Positions 20,139 to 29,865 of a DNA stretch of 64,000 nucleotides are shown one piece after another. Source of the stretch: Gemmatimonadota bacterium (GTDB lineage: Bacteria > Gemmatimonadota > Gemmatimonadetes > Palauibacterales > Palauibacteraceae); contig OY762926.1 in the NCBI GenBank assembly GCA_963666735.1, forward strand, positions 3,520,001 through 3,584,000, read 5' to 3'. Each line of letters begins with the position of its first letter. Positions within the stretch are counted from its first letter, which is position 1. The translations under genes and the position numbers were made by a program. The notes beneath the pieces are model-generated. The model was not told the origin of the DNA, made no database searches, and saw nothing but the letters and a program-made list of their open reading frames with translations.

Positions 20139-21497
20139 TCAGGGTTGCTGGTCGAGCCTCCGGCCGAGGAGGGCCTCGATCGTTGCGACCGCGGCTTCGT
20201 AGTCGAAGCGCCGTGAGACGAGATCGATCTCCGACTGCGTGAACGTGATCTGCGCGTCCTGGAGCTCGAGAATGGTGGCGAGCCCGAGCTGGTAGCGCTC
20301 CTGGACGACCCGGAGGCTTTCCTCGCTGAGTTCGACGTTCTGCTCCGCCAAGTCCACGCCCGCGAGCGCGGACTGCGCCGTCGCGTAGCGCGCGTCGAGC
20401 AGCGAGCTGAGGTTCAGCCGCGCCGCCCGTTCGGCCTGCCGGGCCTGGTCGGCCGTGGCCTGGGCGCGGAACACCTGAGTCTCGCGCTGGAAGCCGTTGA
20501 AGAGGGGATAACTGCCGGTGAGTCCGATCGACCACGAACGGTTGGAGGGCGGGAACTCCTGATTCGCCCACCCGTAGCCGCCATTGAGGGAGATGGTCGG
20601 CAGGTAGCTGGAGCGCGCACCCGACACCGCCGCCTCCGCCGCCTCGACGGCCACGGAGGCCGCCTGAAGCCCGGGAGCCGAGACATCGGCGATGGCAAAC
20701 AACTCGTCACGCGTAAAGGGGATCTCGGTCACGGCGAGTTCCGCCTCGGCGGTCGGCCCCACGAGGGTCTCGGAGCCGATGACCTCGGTGAGCTCGAAGG
20801 TCCGGGTGCGCGCGTTGTTCCGGGCGTTCAGCAGCGCGAGTTGCGCGTTGTTGAGGTCGACCTGCGAGCGGAGGGAGTCCGAGCGCGTCGCCCGTCCCAG
20901 CTCCAATTGCTGCCTGACGAACTCGAGCTGGTCCGCCTGCCGCTGCACGCGGCGCTCCTCCACGGCGACGAGGTCGCGAGTGGCGACGGCCGCCGCGTAG
21001 GCCTGTTTCACCGCCTGCATGACCTGGAACTCGGCCTCGCGATAGCGCGCGTTCTGTTCGACCACGCCGAGGCGGGCGCTCTTCAGGTTCGAGAATCGGC
21101 CCCAGCCGTCGAAGAGCGTGTAACCGGCGTTGATCCGCGTGGAGTAGCTCGTTGCGGCGAAGCCCTGGTTGAGGGCATCAAGACGGCCCGTGGAGGAGTT
21201 CGAGTAGCTGAACGAAGCGCTCACTCCGGGGAGGAGCGCCCCATAGGCGCTCAGCCGGTTGTGCTCGGCCATCTCGATCGCCGAGAAGGCCTGGAGCAGC
21301 CCGGGGTTGCGGCGCAGCGCGATCTCGACGGCTTCGTCGACCGTGATCTGGCGAGCGTTGTCGCTCGCCTGCACCTGCGCCTCGGCCATCCCCGGCGAAA
21401 CCGCCGCAAGCAGCACCGCCGGCAGCAGGACCCACCCCCACCGACAAAGACCGGCTCTCGGCCGGCCTCCGCACCCTGATCTATGTCTAATGGTCAT
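20139..21497 (-). CDS. TolC-family outer membrane protein
   Basis: Signal peptide, two OEP repeats (ALRRNP, YLPTISL, YQLGLATILEL). Confidence 0.92.
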   Translation of the reverse strand: MTIRHRSGCGGRPRAGLCRWGWVLLPAVLLAAVSPGMAEAQVQASDNARQITVDEAVEIALRRNPGLLQAFSAIEMAEHNRLSAYGALLPGVSASFSYSNSSTGRLDALNQGFAATSYSTRINAGYTLFDGWGRFSNLKSARLGVVEQNARYREAEFQVMQAVKQAYAAAVATRDLVAVEERRVQRQADQLEFVRQQLELGRATRSDSLRSQVDLNNAQLALLNARNNARTRTFELTEVIGSETLVGPTAEAELAVTEIPFTRDELFAIADVSAPGLQAASVAVEAAEAAVSGARSSYLPTISLNGGYGWANQEFPPSNRSWSIGLTGSYPLFNGFQRETQVFRAQATADQARQAERAARLNLSSLLDARYATAQSALAGVDLAEQNVELSEESLRVVQERYQLGLATILELQDAQITFTQSEIDLVSRRFDYEAAVATIEALLGRRLDQQP

Positions 21498-21538
21498 CGT
21501 TTCCTCGCCCCCGGAGGGGGCCGGTTGACGTCTCTCTG

Positions 21539-22003
21539 TTATCCGTCGTTCCGCTGCGGGTCGTCGCGCCCCTGGGACTCCCGCTCACCGCCGCGCTCTC
21601 GCCCGTCGCCGTAGCGTTGTCGCAGCAACTCCCGATAGTCCTCACCCTGCTCCTCCGTCAGCACCGACTCGATCCGGGTCCGGACCGAATCCATCAACGT
21701 CCGGTAGCCCCCCCGCATCGTCCGCACTCCGTCGCGGTAGTGATCGAGGAAGTTCTCGATCTGCGACCGCTGGTCGGCCGTCAAGCCAAGTTCATCGGCG
21801 AACTGCTCGATCGTGGTCTGCCGCCCCCGCGGTCCGCCATCGCGCTCCCGCGTCTCCGAGGGCGCAGTCTGCGCCACCGGTTCGCCCGCGACTGCGTCCG
21901 CGAACAGATCGAGGCGGTCCGCCGCCACGCCGACCGCGGCGCCCGCCGCGAAGACGAGCGCGAGGAGCAGGATCGCCCGCAATCTCGAAGTGTCCATACG
22001 CAC
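21539..22003 (-). CDS. Periplasmic Spy/CpxP-like helical protein
   Basis: N-terminal hydrophobic segment, ELGLTADQ and VLTEEQ LTxxQ motifs. Confidence 0.7.
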   Translation of the reverse strand: MRMDTSRLRAILLLALVFAAGAAVGVAADRLDLFADAVAGEPVAQTAPSETRERDGGPRGRQTTIEQFADELGLTADQRSQIENFLDHYRDGVRTMRGGYRTLMDSVRTRIESVLTEEQGEDYRELLRQRYGDGRERGGERESQGRDDPQRNDG

Positions 22004-22028
22004 CCGGTTCGTGTCGCGTTTCAGCGAG

Positions 22029-22439
22029 TTACGGATTGATGAGCGCGGCCGTCAGCACCGCGTCGCGACTCGGCTCGACCAGGTCGATGAGCAGCGCGGG
22101 CGGGGCTTCGGCGTCTGCCGCCAGCGACCGCACCAGCCCGACCGGCTCCGGATCCGCGTCCGCGGCGAACTCGGGCGCGTCCGGCACGGAGATGCGGTAC
22201 AACAGAGCGCCAGCCGCCACGAGCAGTCCGGCGGCCAGCGGCGCCAGCGCCGCGGACCAGCTTGCCGTCACGTCGAGCCAGGAGAGGGGCCGCCGCTCGA
22301 GCAGCGCTTCCGCCGCGGCCATGACGCTCCGGCGCACGCGCCGCCGCGTGAGTTCATCGGGCCGCAGGGGCTCGAGGTATTCGGCCCACGCAGGCCCGCG
22401 CCCGCCGTTCCGATTTCCATCTCTCCTATTCATCCTCAT
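22029..22439 (-). CDS. Putative anti-sigma membrane protein
   Basis: Overlaps the end of the ECF gene; single TM segment. Confidence 0.6.
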   Translation of the reverse strand: MRMNRRDGNRNGGRGPAWAEYLEPLRPDELTRRRVRRSVMAAAEALLERRPLSWLDVTASWSAALAPLAAGLLVAAGALLYRISVPDAPEFAADADPEPVGLVRSLAADAEAPPALLIDLVEPSRDAVLTAALINP

Positions 22440-23085
22440 CTGCTCCTCCGGCGCCGGACGCGCCCGCTTCGCCGAGAATCCGGCGCAGCGCGTGCCTGCC
22501 GTGATGAAGGTTCGCCCTCGAAGTTCCGACCGCGATCCCGAGGATCTTCGCAATCTCCGCGTGGTCGTAGCCTTCGAGGTCGTACATCATGACCGCCGTT
22601 CTCTGCCGTTCCGGAAGCTGCGCGAGCGCGTCGAGCACCCGTTCCCGAGCGTGCCTCCGCTCGAATTCACGATGCGGGTCATCCCGCGACGCCGCCGTGT
22701 CCGTCAGCTCCGAGTGCGTCCGCAGCAACTCACGCCGCCGGAGGTTGAGGCACGTACTCCGCAGCACGCGATAGAACCACGGACCGAAACGGCTTCCCGG
22801 CCGCAACTGCCCGATCCGCTCGAGCGCGCGAATGAACGCGGCCTGCAGGGCGTCTTCCGCGTCCTGCTCGTGGCGCAGAATCGACAGCGCCACCGCGTAG
22901 GCCGGGTCCGTGTATCTCGTCACGAACAGCGAAAACGCCCGCGAGTCGCCGGCCTGCACGGCCTCGACGAGGCCAGGCTCGTCCGCGCCGGGATCCGGCG
23001 GCTCCGCAGGTCCGGAACCGGGGCCGGCCGAGTCGACCGGCGATCCGTTCCGCGTTCGCGTTTCCTCCGCCAAAGACATCCCCAT
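22426..23085 (-). CDS. ECF RNA polymerase sigma factor
   Basis: GDSRAF, DAEDALQAAFIRA, FGPWFYRV, LPERQR...EIAKILGIAVGTSRANLH. Confidence 0.93.
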   Translation of the reverse strand: MGMSLAEETRTRNGSPVDSAGPGSGPAEPPDPGADEPGLVEAVQAGDSRAFSLFVTRYTDPAYAVALSILRHEQDAEDALQAAFIRALERIGQLRPGSRFGPWFYRVLRSTCLNLRRRELLRTHSELTDTAASRDDPHREFERRHARERVLDALAQLPERQRTAVMMYDLEGYDHAEIAKILGIAVGTSRANLHHGRHALRRILGEAGASGAGGADEDE

Positions 23086-23093
23086 CGCTTGAG

Positions 23094-23121
23094 TAACACG
23101 CCCTCGATGCCGGCCGTTGCA
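23094..23121 (-). promoter_or_regulatory. Putative autoregulatory ECF promoter
   Basis: Minus strand TGCAAC-N15-CGTGTTA just upstream of the ECF start; fits the general AAC/CGT ECF pattern. Confidence 0.4.
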
Positions 23122-23186
23122 CCGGCTCCCGCCGGCGTTTGCCCCGGCGCTTGTTCCTTCACCGTGGCCGTCGCATCTTCGGCTCC

Positions 23187-23735
23187 GTGAACAACGAAAC
23201 GCAAGCCCGGCCCGCCGCCGCCGAAACGCCCGACCGAGCCCACGCTCTGGCCGGCCGAACGCTCATCCAGGAACGCATGCGCGGCATGCGAAAAGTCGTG
23301 GGGCGGAGGCTCTCGCCCCGTGACATCGTCCTCAGGAAGGCGTCTCCCGAAGTGCGGCGCCATCTCTTCGAGGAAGCGTGCGAGCTGTACTGGAACGAGA
23401 TGAGCTGGGAGGAGATCACCGAAGAGGAACTCATCGGAGACGAGGAACTCACGGAGATGATCTTCCCCGGGCTGCTCGCGCTCATCGACGCGTTTCTTCC
23501 CCGGGCTCCGAACGGGGAGCCGGACCGCGACCGCGAGCACCGCGAGGTCGTACACGACTTTCTGGATTGGCTGGCCGCCCGGCTCGTGACGCTGCGCGAG
23601 GCGCGACCCGCCGCCGAGGATGCGCGGGCGCGGAACCTCCGCCAGAAGAACGTGACCGACGCCCTCATCGACCTCGTCGCGTTTCGCGCGTGCGCACTGA
23701 CTTCCGACGAGATCGAGACCTACCAGAACGCCTGA
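23187..23735 (+). CDS. Hypothetical helical protein
   Basis: Protein-like acidic ORF directly upstream of etfB; start uncertain. Confidence 0.6.
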   Translation: MNNETQARPAAAETPDRAHALAGRTLIQERMRGMRKVVGRRLSPRDIVLRKASPEVRRHLFEEACELYWNEMSWEEITEEELIGDEELTEMIFPGLLALIDAFLPRAPNGEPDRDREHREVVHDFLDWLAARLVTLREARPAAEDARARNLRQKNVTDALIDLVAFRACALTSDEIETYQNA

Positions 23736-23756
23736 TTCCCTTCGAAGACAAGACGG

Positions 23757-24506
23757 ATGAATACGATCGTCTGCATGAAACGCGTGCCGGACTCGGCCAC
23801 GAGGGTGAGAGTGACGCCCGACGGCGCGGGACTGGACCCGGCCGGCGTCAAGTACGTCGTGAACCCGTACGACGAGTTCGCGCTTGAGGATGCGATCCGC
23901 CGCAAGGAAGAGGCGGGGGAAGGGAAGGTGACGGTCGTCGCGCTCGGCCCCCCCGAGACCGCCGAATCGATCCGCCAGGCGCTCGCGATGGGGGCGGATG
24001 AGGGCGTGCTGCTCGTGTGCGCGGGTTCGCACGACGCGCTCTCCGTGGCGCGGGCGCTTGCTGATGAGATCCGGGACCGCGAGGTCGATCTCGTGCTGTT
24101 CGGGAAGCAGGCGATCGATGACGACAACATGCAGATCCCGCAGATGGTGGCCGAGTTCCTGGACCTCCCGTGCGCGACCGTCGTCGTCGGCCTCGAGATC
24201 GCGGGAAGGGAGGCGATGGCGCGCCGCGAGGTCGAAGGCGGTCACGAGGTCGTCGAATTCTCGCTGCCCGCCGTCGTGTCCACGCAGAAGGGGCTCAACG
24301 AGCCGCGGTATCCGAGCCTCAAGGGGATCATGGCGGCGAAGAGGAAGCCCCTCGAGGAACGGGAAGTGACGCTCGACGCGCCGACCATCGATTTCATCCG
24401 CCTCGACGAACCGCCGGCGCCGGCCGCGGGCCGGATCGTCGGAGAGGGCGTGGGCGCCGTGCCGGAACTGGTGCGGGCGCTGCGCGACGAAGCGGGGGTG
24501 CTCTGA
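23757..24506 (+). CDS. etfB: Electron transfer flavoprotein beta subunit
   Basis: VCMKRVPD, NPYDEFALE, ALAMGAD, GKQAID, NEPRYPSLKGIMAAK. Confidence 0.96.
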   Translation: MNTIVCMKRVPDSATRVRVTPDGAGLDPAGVKYVVNPYDEFALEDAIRRKEEAGEGKVTVVALGPPETAESIRQALAMGADEGVLLVCAGSHDALSVARALADEIRDREVDLVLFGKQAIDDDNMQIPQMVAEFLDLPCATVVVGLEIAGREAMARREVEGGHEVVEFSLPAVVSTQKGLNEPRYPSLKGIMAAKRKPLEEREVTLDAPTIDFIRLDEPPAPAAGRIVGEGVGAVPELVRALRDEAGVL

Positions 24507-25489
24507 TGCCCGGGGCGCTGGCGTACGCCGAGATCCGGGCAGGCGCGGTGAGCCGGGCTTCGCGGGAGGCGGTCGGGCTCGCGCGGCGGATCGCCGCCGA
24601 CGTCGGAGGGGAGACCCACGTCGTCGCGCTCGGTCCTCCCGGAACGGAGGAGGCGGCCGCGCAACTCGCCGGCTTCGGCGCCGACCGCACCTGGGTCGGC
24701 GAGTCGGAGGCTCTCGCGCTGTGTCAGCCGGACATCGCCGCGGCGGCCATTGCCCGGCTCGTCGAGGCGGGGGACTACGACGCCGTGATTTTCGCGGCTA
24801 CCGCTCAGGGGAGAGACATCGCCCCCCGCGTCGGCGCGCGGCTCGGGCGGAGCGTGGCCTCGGAAATCATCGAGTGCCGGCGGGAGGACGGCGCCATCGT
24901 CGTGCGTCGGCCCATGTACGCCGGGAAAGCGATCGCGACCCTTCGCTTCACCCCGGGCCCGGCCGTGATGACGATCCGGGCCAACGTCTTCGCGCCGGTC
25001 GAGGAGGGCGCGGCGGGGGAGATGTCGAGCCTGGATATCGAGAGCTTCGACGGCCGGGCGCGGACGGCCGCCCTCGAGCAGGGGGACCGCGACCGCCTCG
25101 ACGTGAGCGAGGCGACGACCATCGTTTCGGGCGGCCGCGGGATGCAGGGGCCGGAGCACTGGCTGCTGCTCGAGGCGCTGGTTGAAGCGCTGGGCGACGA
25201 GGCGGCGCTCGGCGCGAGCCGGGCGGTGGTGGACGCGGGCTGGCGGCCGCACGGCGAGCAGGTGGGCCAGACCGGCAAGACCGTGTCGCCAAACCTGTAC
25301 TTCGCGGTCGGGATCAGCGGAGCGATCCAGCACCTGGCCGGGATGCGCACGGCCAAGGTCATCGTGGCGATCAACCGCGATGCGGACGCGCCGATTTTCG
25401 GGGTGGCGGACTACGGTCTCGTGGGGGACGTGTTCGAGGTGCTGCCCGCGCTCACGCAGGCGGTTCGCGAAGCCCGCCAGGGCGATTGA
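24506..25489 (+). CDS. etfA: Electron transfer flavoprotein alpha subunit
   Basis: IVSGGRG, GASRAVVDAGW, QVGQTGKTV, GISGAIQHLAGM; TGATG coupling with etfB. Confidence 0.96.
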   Translation: MPGALAYAEIRAGAVSRASREAVGLARRIAADVGGETHVVALGPPGTEEAAAQLAGFGADRTWVGESEALALCQPDIAAAAIARLVEAGDYDAVIFAATAQGRDIAPRVGARLGRSVASEIIECRREDGAIVVRRPMYAGKAIATLRFTPGPAVMTIRANVFAPVEEGAAGEMSSLDIESFDGRARTAALEQGDRDRLDVSEATTIVSGGRGMQGPEHWLLLEALVEALGDEAALGASRAVVDAGWRPHGEQVGQTGKTVSPNLYFAVGISGAIQHLAGMRTAKVIVAINRDADAPIFGVADYGLVGDVFEVLPALTQAVREARQGD

Positions 25490-25505
25490 GTCCGGATCGA
25501 CCGGC

Positions 25506-26546
25506 ATGAGTCTCCGGGCCGTACGCGAGGACATCGTGCGTTGGGCGAAGCAGGGCGATCCGATCGCCATGGCGACGCTCATCGCCGTGCGCCGTTCGGC
25601 TCCGCTGCCGCCGGGCGCGCGGTTCGCGATCTCGGCCGCCGGGGAGCTGAGCGGCTCGATATCGAGCGGGTGCGTGGAGGGCGACCTGCACGAACGGCTC
25701 TCCGCGCTGCTGGGCGGCGGCGCGCCGGCCTCCGTCACGTACGGGATCACGGACGAGATGGCCGCGGGCGTGGGCCTCTCCTGCGGCGGGGAGATCGACG
25801 TCCTGCTCGACCACTACGATCCCGGCGACCCCGTCTGGCACCGCCTCTGGCAGCTCCGGGAGGCCGGCGCCCCCGGCGTCCTCCTCACCGGCGCGGCGCC
25901 GCCCACGCGCTCGCGGCAACTCCTGCTCGAACCGAACCGGTCGCTGGGAACGCTCGGGTCCCCCGAACTGGACCGGGCGGCCCGTTCCCGCGCCGACGAT
26001 TGGCTCGGCCGGACCGACGCCCGGGCCGTCGAACTCGTGCGGGACGATCCGGACAGCCTCGTCTTCGTCGAATCCTTCGTCCCGCCGCCGCGGCTCGTCA
26101 TTGTGGGGGCGACCCCGATCGGGCATGCGCTGTGCGCCATGGCGCACCGAACTGGCTTCGAGGTCGTGGTCGTGGATCCGCGCGAGGCCTTCCTGCGGCC
26201 GGAGCGGTTTCCGGACGCCGCGTCGCTCGATCCGCGCTGGCCCGACGAAGCGATGGCCGCGCTCGATCTCGACCCCCGAACCAGCATCGTCATCCTCACG
26301 CACGACGAGAAGCTGGATGAGCCCGCGCTGGAGACGGCGCTCGCTTCCCGCTGCGGCTACATCGGTCTCCTCGGCGGACGCCGGACGCAGGAGCAACGTC
26401 GAGCGGCGCTTCTCGCGCGAGGACTGGACGAGGCGGCATGCGACCGCATCCACGGTCCGGTCGGGCTGCGTATCGGCGCCCGCTCGCCTGAGCAGATCGC
26501 TGTCTCCATCCTCGCGCAGCTCGTCGCCCTCGAACGGGCGCCCTGA
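25506..26546 (+). CDS. XdhC/CoxI-family molybdoenzyme maturation factor
   Basis: GSISSGCVE, GLSCGG, YIGLLG, IHGPVGLRIGARSPEQIAVSI. Confidence 0.92.
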   Translation: MSLRAVREDIVRWAKQGDPIAMATLIAVRRSAPLPPGARFAISAAGELSGSISSGCVEGDLHERLSALLGGGAPASVTYGITDEMAAGVGLSCGGEIDVLLDHYDPGDPVWHRLWQLREAGAPGVLLTGAAPPTRSRQLLLEPNRSLGTLGSPELDRAARSRADDWLGRTDARAVELVRDDPDSLVFVESFVPPPRLVIVGATPIGHALCAMAHRTGFEVVVVDPREAFLRPERFPDAASLDPRWPDEAMAALDLDPRTSIVILTHDEKLDEPALETALASRCGYIGLLGGRRTQEQRRAALLARGLDEAACDRIHGPVGLRIGARSPEQIAVSILAQLVALERAP

Positions 26547-26575
26547 CGCCCGCGCGGGGTCGCGCCGCGCCGATC

Positions 26576-27715
26576 TCAGTCGCGCGTGCGCCGGATCTTC
26601 CAGCGGTCCACCACGCGTCGCCCCCGCACGACCTCGAAGTAGTCGAAGTGAGCGACCGTGAGGCAGGCGTGATTCGGAAGGACCCGGACCCTCTCACCGA
26701 CGGCGAACCGCCCGGACAGGCGCCCGTGTTCCTGGCTCACCGAGGTCAGGCGATGGTCGCTCAGTGCTCCTCCCGGTGCTCCTCCCGGTGCTCCTCCGGA
26801 CGCGTCGCGGAAGAGGCGGCCGTAGTGAGGGGGGTCGTCCGGCCCCACATCCTTGGACAGGGCGAGCGCGCCACAGTCCGCGATCGCGCCGTCGGATCCG
26901 TCGCGCGCGGAGACGACCGTCGCGAGCACCGTGACGGCGCAGTCGCTCACCGCGCACGATCCCAGCCGCGTCTGCGTGTAATCGTAGAGCGCGTAGTTCC
27001 CCGGCCGCGCCTCGTCGATCCCCTCCAGCGTCGCGACGCGGCTCATGCCCGGAGTCGAGCCGAGCGAGAGCACCCCCGGCTCGATCCCCGCCGCGCGGAG
27101 CGCCCGCCCCGTTTCGACCATTGCGCGTCGCTCCTCCTCCGCCAGCGCGGCGATGGCGGAGGGCGAATCCGCGCCGTAGGTGTGGCCGGCGTGCGTCAGG
27201 CAGCCGCCCAGCGCGAGCCGGCCCGCGCGTGAGATCCGCCTTGCGATCTCGACGACCCGGCCGCCGTCGTACGGGATGCCGGAGCGCCCATAGCCACAGT
27301 CGATTTCCAGCCATACCGAAAAGGGGGTGCCCGCGGCCTCGAGCGCCTCGACGGCCGTGAGGGAGTCCACCGTCACGCCGAGTTCGATGCGCCGGGAGAG
27401 TGCCGCCGCCTCGTCGATCCGAGACAGGTTCAGCGGAAAAGCCCACAGGATGTCGCCGAAACCCGCCTCCGCGAAGACCCGGGCCTCCGCGAGCGTGGAA
27501 ACGGCGATGCCCGACGCCCCGCGCGATCGCTGGAGTTCGGCGATCTCCACGCATTTGTGCGTCTTCACGTGCGGGCGAAGCCGAACGCCGAGGGCGTCCG
27601 TGCGTTCCTGCATGGCCCGGAGGTTGTTCTCCAGGACATCGAGGTCGAGGATGAGCGCCGGAGTGGGGAGACCGAACAGGTCCGGCGCGTGGGTGGCAGC
27701 GTTCCCGGCGTTCAC
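26576..27715 (-). CDS. PLP-dependent alanine-racemase-fold enzyme (D-threonine aldolase/DSD1 family)
   Basis: LPTPALILD, LRPHVKTHK, EARPGNY, SQEHG, PNHAC. Confidence 0.9.
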   Translation of the reverse strand: MNAGNAATHAPDLFGLPTPALILDLDVLENNLRAMQERTDALGVRLRPHVKTHKCVEIAELQRSRGASGIAVSTLAEARVFAEAGFGDILWAFPLNLSRIDEAAALSRRIELGVTVDSLTAVEALEAAGTPFSVWLEIDCGYGRSGIPYDGGRVVEIARRISRAGRLALGGCLTHAGHTYGADSPSAIAALAEEERRAMVETGRALRAAGIEPGVLSLGSTPGMSRVATLEGIDEARPGNYALYDYTQTRLGSCAVSDCAVTVLATVVSARDGSDGAIADCGALALSKDVGPDDPPHYGRLFRDASGGAPGGAPGGALSDHRLTSVSQEHGRLSGRFAVGERVRVLPNHACLTVAHFDYFEVVRGRRVVDRWKIRRTRD

Positions 27716-27809
27716 GCACCCAAGGTAGTTGGGGGATCACGGTTCCGCTAAGTTGGAACCGCCGATCCTGCTCAGGAATGAAGAGGATCGCGGGCCGATG
27801 GCGGATCGA

Positions 27810-27838
27810 GTGACCGCAAAGCCGTAGGGGTCGTCTTA
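27810..27838 (+). promoter_or_regulatory. Putative ECF promoter
   Basis: GTGACC-N16-CGTCTTA upstream of the second ECF gene. Confidence 0.4.
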
Positions 27839-27912
27839 TTCACGAAGAGAAGATCTTTCGGATCGGGCCGGAAGGTCGGGTTCCGGATGATGAACCGAGC
27901 GACGCGGAGGTC

Positions 27913-28428
27913 GTGACCGCCGTACTGGAAGGCGATCGCGAGGCGTACGGGGTTCTCGTGCGCCGGTACAAGGACGTGCTGTACCGCTACGCGGAGCGCA
28001 TGACCGGACGCGCGGACGACGCGGCGGATATCGTGCAGCGCACGTTCATCCGCGGCTTTCGGAGCCTCGACCGCTGCCGGGATCGGGAACGGGTGGGAGG
28101 CTGGTTGTTTCGGATTGCCGTCAACCTGTGCAAGGATCAGTTGAAGGGGCGGGCGCGGCGAGAGGTGTCGCTGGAGGCGGCCGGCCCCCTCACGGCGACG
28201 CGAGGCCTTCCCGAGGCACGCGCCGAACGGGCGGAAATACGGGAGCAGATTTACCGCGCCTTGCAGTCGCTGAGCGACGAGCAGCGTGAAGCCTTCGTCC
28301 TCAAGCACGTCGAGGGCTGGTCGTACGAAGAGATGTCGGAGAGACTTGGAGCTTCGGTGTCCGCGTTGAAGATGCGGGTCCATCGGGCTCGGGATCAGTT
28401 ACAGGTGCTGTTAGAGAACTACCGATGA
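27913..28428 (+). CDS. ECF RNA polymerase sigma factor
   Basis: GDREAY, DAADIVQRTF, WLFRIAVN, SYEEMSERLG...KMRVHRAR; true start probably upstream. Confidence 0.92.
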   Translation: MTAVLEGDREAYGVLVRRYKDVLYRYAERMTGRADDAADIVQRTFIRGFRSLDRCRDRERVGGWLFRIAVNLCKDQLKGRARREVSLEAAGPLTATRGLPEARAERAEIREQIYRALQSLSDEQREAFVLKHVEGWSYEEMSERLGASVSALKMRVHRARDQLQVLLENYR

Positions 28429-29066
28429 ACGACGATCTGAAGCTGTACCTGGATGGAGAAATCGACCGTTCGGAACTCTCGCGGGAGCTTCGCGGGGACG
28501 CCGAACGGTGGGATGCCCTCCTTTCGGACGTGCGGGATTCGGGGGTGCAGCGAGCTCCTGTCGGACTCGAGTCGCGGGTCATGGCCTCGGTTCGCCAGGA
28601 GGGGCGTCGGCCGTTGTCGAGCCTCGTCGACTGGTGGGTGCATCCCCGCTCCGTGCGCGTCCGGCCGTGGCTGGGACTTGCGGCCGCCGCGGTGCTTGCG
28701 GCGTTCTTCCTCCTGCCGCGGGAGAATGTGTTCACCGAGCCGGCGGGGGCGGCGACCGCGCTCGTGGGCGAGGAAGTTCACTACGTGCAGTTCCGCTTCG
28801 AGGCGCCCGGCGCGGCGTCGGTCCACGTCGCGGGCGACTTCAACGACTGGCAGCCGGAGGTCGCGCTGGCCGATCCGTATGGGACCGGCGTGTGGACCGG
28901 GCGGGTGCAACTCCCGCCGGGCGTGCACAAGTACATGTTTCTCGTGGACGGCGAGACCTGGATCACGGATCCGCACGCGGAACGGTATGTGGAGGACGGT
29001 TACGGCAACCAGAACGCCGTGATCGCCATCACGGGCGGCGCGGGCGCCCGCTCGCTGGCCCCGTAG
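28425..29066 (+). CDS. Anti-sigma-like membrane protein with C-terminal glycogen-binding (CBM48/AMPK-beta-like) domain
   Basis: LYLDGE N-terminus, TM helix, APGAASVHVAGDFNDW...LPPGVHKYMFLVDG.TW.TDP...DGYG. Confidence 0.85.
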   Translation: MNDDLKLYLDGEIDRSELSRELRGDAERWDALLSDVRDSGVQRAPVGLESRVMASVRQEGRRPLSSLVDWWVHPRSVRVRPWLGLAAAAVLAAFFLLPRENVFTEPAGAATALVGEEVHYVQFRFEAPGAASVHVAGDFNDWQPEVALADPYGTGVWTGRVQLPPGVHKYMFLVDGETWITDPHAERYVEDGYGNQNAVIAITGGAGARSLAP

Positions 29067-29079
29067 CCAGCCAGCACCC

Positions 29080-29853
29080 GTGGGAAAAGCCCTGCTGCGC
29101 CGTTGTTCCGCGGTCGTGCTTCTCGGCGCCGCGCTTCTCGCGGCGCGCCCGCTCGCCGCTCAGGACGTACGCGCCCGTTTCAGCCGTCACCTGGGAGCCG
29201 TGTACGCGGCTCGCACCCTCTCGGTCATAGAAGCCGGCGTCCGGGACGGTCTGCCCCGAGGTCTCCTGATCGACAAGGCCATGGAGGGCGTGGCGAAGGG
29301 GATGTCCCCGGAAGTCGTCCTCGCCGCCGTCGACACTTTCGCCGCGGAGTTGCGGGATGCGGCGTCGGTCGTGGGTCCGCGGGCGGAGCCGGTCGCGCTC
29401 GAGAAGGCCGCCGATGCCCTTCGCCGCGGCGTGGGGCGCGAGCTTCTGACGCGGCTGGGGCGTGACCGTGCCGATTTTCCTCTCCTCATCGTCTCTCTCG
29501 AGGAGTTGCTGGACGCCGGCGTGGAACTGGATCTGGCCGAGGATCTCGTGCGCTACGCCGTGGCCGAGGAGTTCGACAGCGATGCGGTGCTCCGGCTGCC
29601 CGCCAGCGTGAAACTGCTCATCCGGGAGTGCGGCGACGGTCAGCCTGACTCCTGCTGGTCACAGGCGAGCATCAGGGAATGCGCCCGCGTGATGCCGGCC
29701 CGGCCGTGTCCGACCCGAACGCTCGCGGAGGCGGCCCGCTCGGCGGCGCCGCCGTTCCGGCTTGCCCGTTCCCCGCCCGCCGCCCTGCGATCGGGCGCAG
29801 GCTGGCAACCTTCCCGGTCTCTGCCGTATACTCTCGGACTTTCCGGCGGCTGA
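29080..29853 (+). CDS. Secreted hypothetical protein
   Basis: Signal peptide ending PLAA-Q; LIDKAMEGVAKG motif; C-terminus low confidence. Confidence 0.6.
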   Translation: MGKALLRRCSAVVLLGAALLAARPLAAQDVRARFSRHLGAVYAARTLSVIEAGVRDGLPRGLLIDKAMEGVAKGMSPEVVLAAVDTFAAELRDAASVVGPRAEPVALEKAADALRRGVGRELLTRLGRDRADFPLLIVSLEELLDAGVELDLAEDLVRYAVAEEFDSDAVLRLPASVKLLIRECGDGQPDSCWSQASIRECARVMPARPCPTRTLAEAARSAAPPFRLARSPPAALRSGAGWQPSRSLPYTLGLSGG

Positions 29854-29865
29854 GCCCGCCGACGC

